Shown: piece after piece, positions 45,117-46,919 of the stretch | Layout: each line of letters opens with the position of its first letter | Numbering within the stretch: position 1 is the stretch's first letter | The notes under the pieces: model-generated | The model's database searches: none | The model's input: the letters and a program-made list of their open reading frames with translations, nothing else | Told to the model about the DNA's origin: nothing | Program-made: the position numbers and the translations under genes | From: Acidobacteriota bacterium | GTDB taxonomy: Bacteria > Acidobacteriota > Vicinamibacteria > Vicinamibacterales > UBA2999 | Direction of reading: 5' to 3' | Assembly: GCA_046765795.1 (NCBI GenBank) | Contig: JBKPRH010000183.1 | Location: 1-46,919, forward strand | DNA length: 46,919 nt

Positions 45117-46174
45117 CAGACATCGAAGTGCAGGCCGTCGTGGACGACGAAGCGAGCGAAGAGATTCGCGCGCATGCGAATGCGTGCGAGGCCTGCCGCG
45201 CACGAGTGAGTGAGAGGCGCAGCCAGATGGAAACGATTGCCTCGCTGATCGACGCCGATGGCATGCCGTCCTCAGCACTCGAGGCCCGGTTGCGTCATGC
45301 GATGAGCGAGGTTGATGGAGTGCGTGGCTCGACCGTACTCCGCGCGAACAAACCGTCCGCGTGGCGAAGTGTCGGCCTCGTATCTGCGCTGGCAACCGCT
45401 GCGGTCATCGCACTCCTCGTCTATGGCGTACTGCCGCATTTCGGCGCACCGACGACGCTGTCGGCGAGCGAAGTGCTGAGTCGATCGCTGCAGACGATGT
45501 CGAGTGCGCAAGGTGTCGAGCGACTCGAATACGAAGTGGCGATGGACGGCATGACGGATGGTCCGGTGGTCATTCGTCAGGTCATCGACCGCGACAATCC
45601 ACATCGCTACAAGGTGGCGTCCTATCGTCCGGATGGGACCATCGCCACCGCGGTCAGCCAGGATCCGACGACACAGCAGCGGTCCCAGCTCTTTCACGTC
45701 GACGGCACCAACTACATCGTCCGGGTCGGTGCCATTCATACGCCGGTGCTGTCGATCCCGCAGATGGCACAGGCGCTGGTCGAGACGAGCATCGGCATCA
45801 TGCAGGCAAAGTCCGATCAGCAGCTGACCATCGAGGACGGGCCGGCAGGGCGGCTATACGTCGTCGAGATCCCGCCGGTGACGCCCCAGAATCCGTCGGC
45901 GACACTCGACTTGTTCAGTGCACGCGCCGTGATCGGCGGCACGGACTTCCGCATCCAGGAGTTCACCGCGACGGGGACGATGCTCAGGCAGCCGTTCTCC
46001 GTGTCAGTGAAGCTGCGCACGCACGAGTACATTGGCGGCGCTGTCACCAACGAGAGCTTTGCGATTACGCCGGGCCCTGATGACGTCGTGATCGAGGGTC
46101 ACGCTGACGAGGACCCGATCACCGAGTTGATGACGACGGTGCTGAGAGAACTCGGTCGCGCCAGAGGACGCTAG
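45104..46174 (+). CDS. Putative anti-sigma factor (zinc-binding HxxxCxxC, one TM, periplasmic domain)
   Basis: HANACEAC, TM LVSALATAAVIALLVYGVL; overlaps the sigma gene. Confidence 0.8.
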   Translation: MRCLTDIEVQAVVDDEASEEIRAHANACEACRARVSERRSQMETIASLIDADGMPSSALEARLRHAMSEVDGVRGSTVLRANKPSAWRSVGLVSALATAAVIALLVYGVLPHFGAPTTLSASEVLSRSLQTMSSAQGVERLEYEVAMDGMTDGPVVIRQVIDRDNPHRYKVASYRPDGTIATAVSQDPTTQQRSQLFHVDGTNYIVRVGAIHTPVLSIPQMAQALVETSIGIMQAKSDQQLTIEDGPAGRLYVVEIPPVTPQNPSATLDLFSARAVIGGTDFRIQEFTATGTMLRQPFSVSVKLRTHEYIGGAVTNESFAITPGPDDVVIEGHADEDPITELMTTVLRELGRARGR

Positions 46175-46175
46175 C

Positions 46176-46919
46176 TTGTCGCGCCGTAGCCTCGGCGAAG
46201 GCGGAACTGCCGCGATCGAGACGCGAGGGCTGACGAAGTACTACGGCCCGGTCGTCGGCCTCGAGAACCTATCGCTCGAGGTCGCGCAAGGCGAGGTGTT
46301 CGGCTTTCTCGGCGCGAATGGCGCCGGCAAGACGACCACCATCCGCATGCTGCTCGATCTCGTGCGGCCGACCAGCGGCACGGCCTCGATTCTCGGGTTC
46401 GATTGTCATCGTCAGGGACTCGAGGCACGTCGCCGCGTTGGCTATCTCCCCGGCGAGATGCCGTTCTATCCCGAGCTGACCGGCGCACGGTACTTGCGAT
46501 TCCTCGCGTCGCTTGGCGACACGCCACCTGCGCCGGCGCGCCTGGCGTTTCTGCTGCGGCGCTTCGACGTCAGCGATCTCGATCTCAACCGCCGCATGCG
46601 CGATTACTCGCACGGGATGAAGCGCAAGCTCGGACTCATCCAGGCGTTGATGACCGAACCGCGCGTGCTGATCCTCGATGAACCGACCTCCGGTCTCGAT
46701 CCGCTGATGATCGAGGCGTTCAGCGAGACCATCGACGAGCTCGCACGATCGGGACAGACGACGATATTTCTGTCCTCGCACATCCTGTCGGAAGTCGATC
46801 GTATCTGTCAGCGAATCGGCCTGGTTCGCGGCGGCCAACTCGTGGCCGTGCGGACACTCAGTGAACTGCGAGCGGCGGCGCCGCGGCGCATGACCGTGCT
46901 GTTCTCGACGCCGGTGAAT
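46176..46919 (+). CDS. ABC-2 type transporter ATP-binding protein (3' truncated by the window)
   Basis: Absent from the ORF track. Manual translation from TTG 46176 gives IETRGLTKYYG, GANGAGKTT, YSHGMKRK, LILDEPTSGLDP and SSH. Confidence 0.9.
   Translation, partial: MSRRSLGEGGTAAIETRGLTKYYGPVVGLENLSLEVAQGEVFGFLGANGAGKTTTIRMLLDLVRPTSGTASILGFDCHRQGLEARRRVGYLPGEMPFYPELTGARYLRFLASLGDTPPAPARLAFLLRRFDVSDLDLNRRMRDYSHGMKRKLGLIQALMTEPRVLILDEPTSGLDPLMIEAFSETIDELARSGQTTIFLSSHILSEVDRICQRIGLVRGGQLVAVRTLSELRAAAPRRMTVLFSTPVN
46180..46204 (-). repeat. Family D element at the ABC ATPase N-terminus (reads SRRSLGEGG)
   Basis: Minus strand CCGCCTTCGCCGAGGCTACGGCGCG; compare 22965 and 34037. Confidence 0.72.

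Overview
GC-rich bacterial chromosomal segment. The gene families suggest Acidobacteriota (Vicinamibacteria-like), which is an inference. (1) 1-11 kb is a W/Mo-cofactor C1/aldehyde-oxidation block: aldehyde:ferredoxin oxidoreductase, MoaD, a two-subunit NAD-linked formate dehydrogenase of the Methylorubrum Fdh1 type, two MoeA paralogues and MobA. (2) 11-26 kb holds a tannase/feruloyl esterase and feruloyl-CoA synthase pair, a LysR regulator, a 1481-aa membrane-anchored coiled-coil/PEGA protein and secreted hydrolases. (3) 26-43 kb is a minus-strand methanopterin-type pterin biosynthesis set (RFAP synthase, DUF447, PabA/PabB, DHPS-like protein, carbinolamine dehydratase, and an SDR lacking the catalytic Tyr). 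It is interrupted by a cassette of an Lcp/MpaB-type heme oxygenase, a Pyr4/PaxB-type membrane terpene cyclase, a TonB-dependent receptor, a CruF-type hydratase and a Ser/Thr kinase. (4) The end carries a REP-flanked RAYT transposase, an ECF sigma/anti-sigma pair and a truncated ABC ATPase. Several REP-like palindrome families and heptamer repeats are scattered through the window. At least seven sit in frame inside genes, two are nested (one element inside another's loop), and both MoeA paralogues carry different REPs in the same loop. All calls come from reading motifs by eye; no searches were run.
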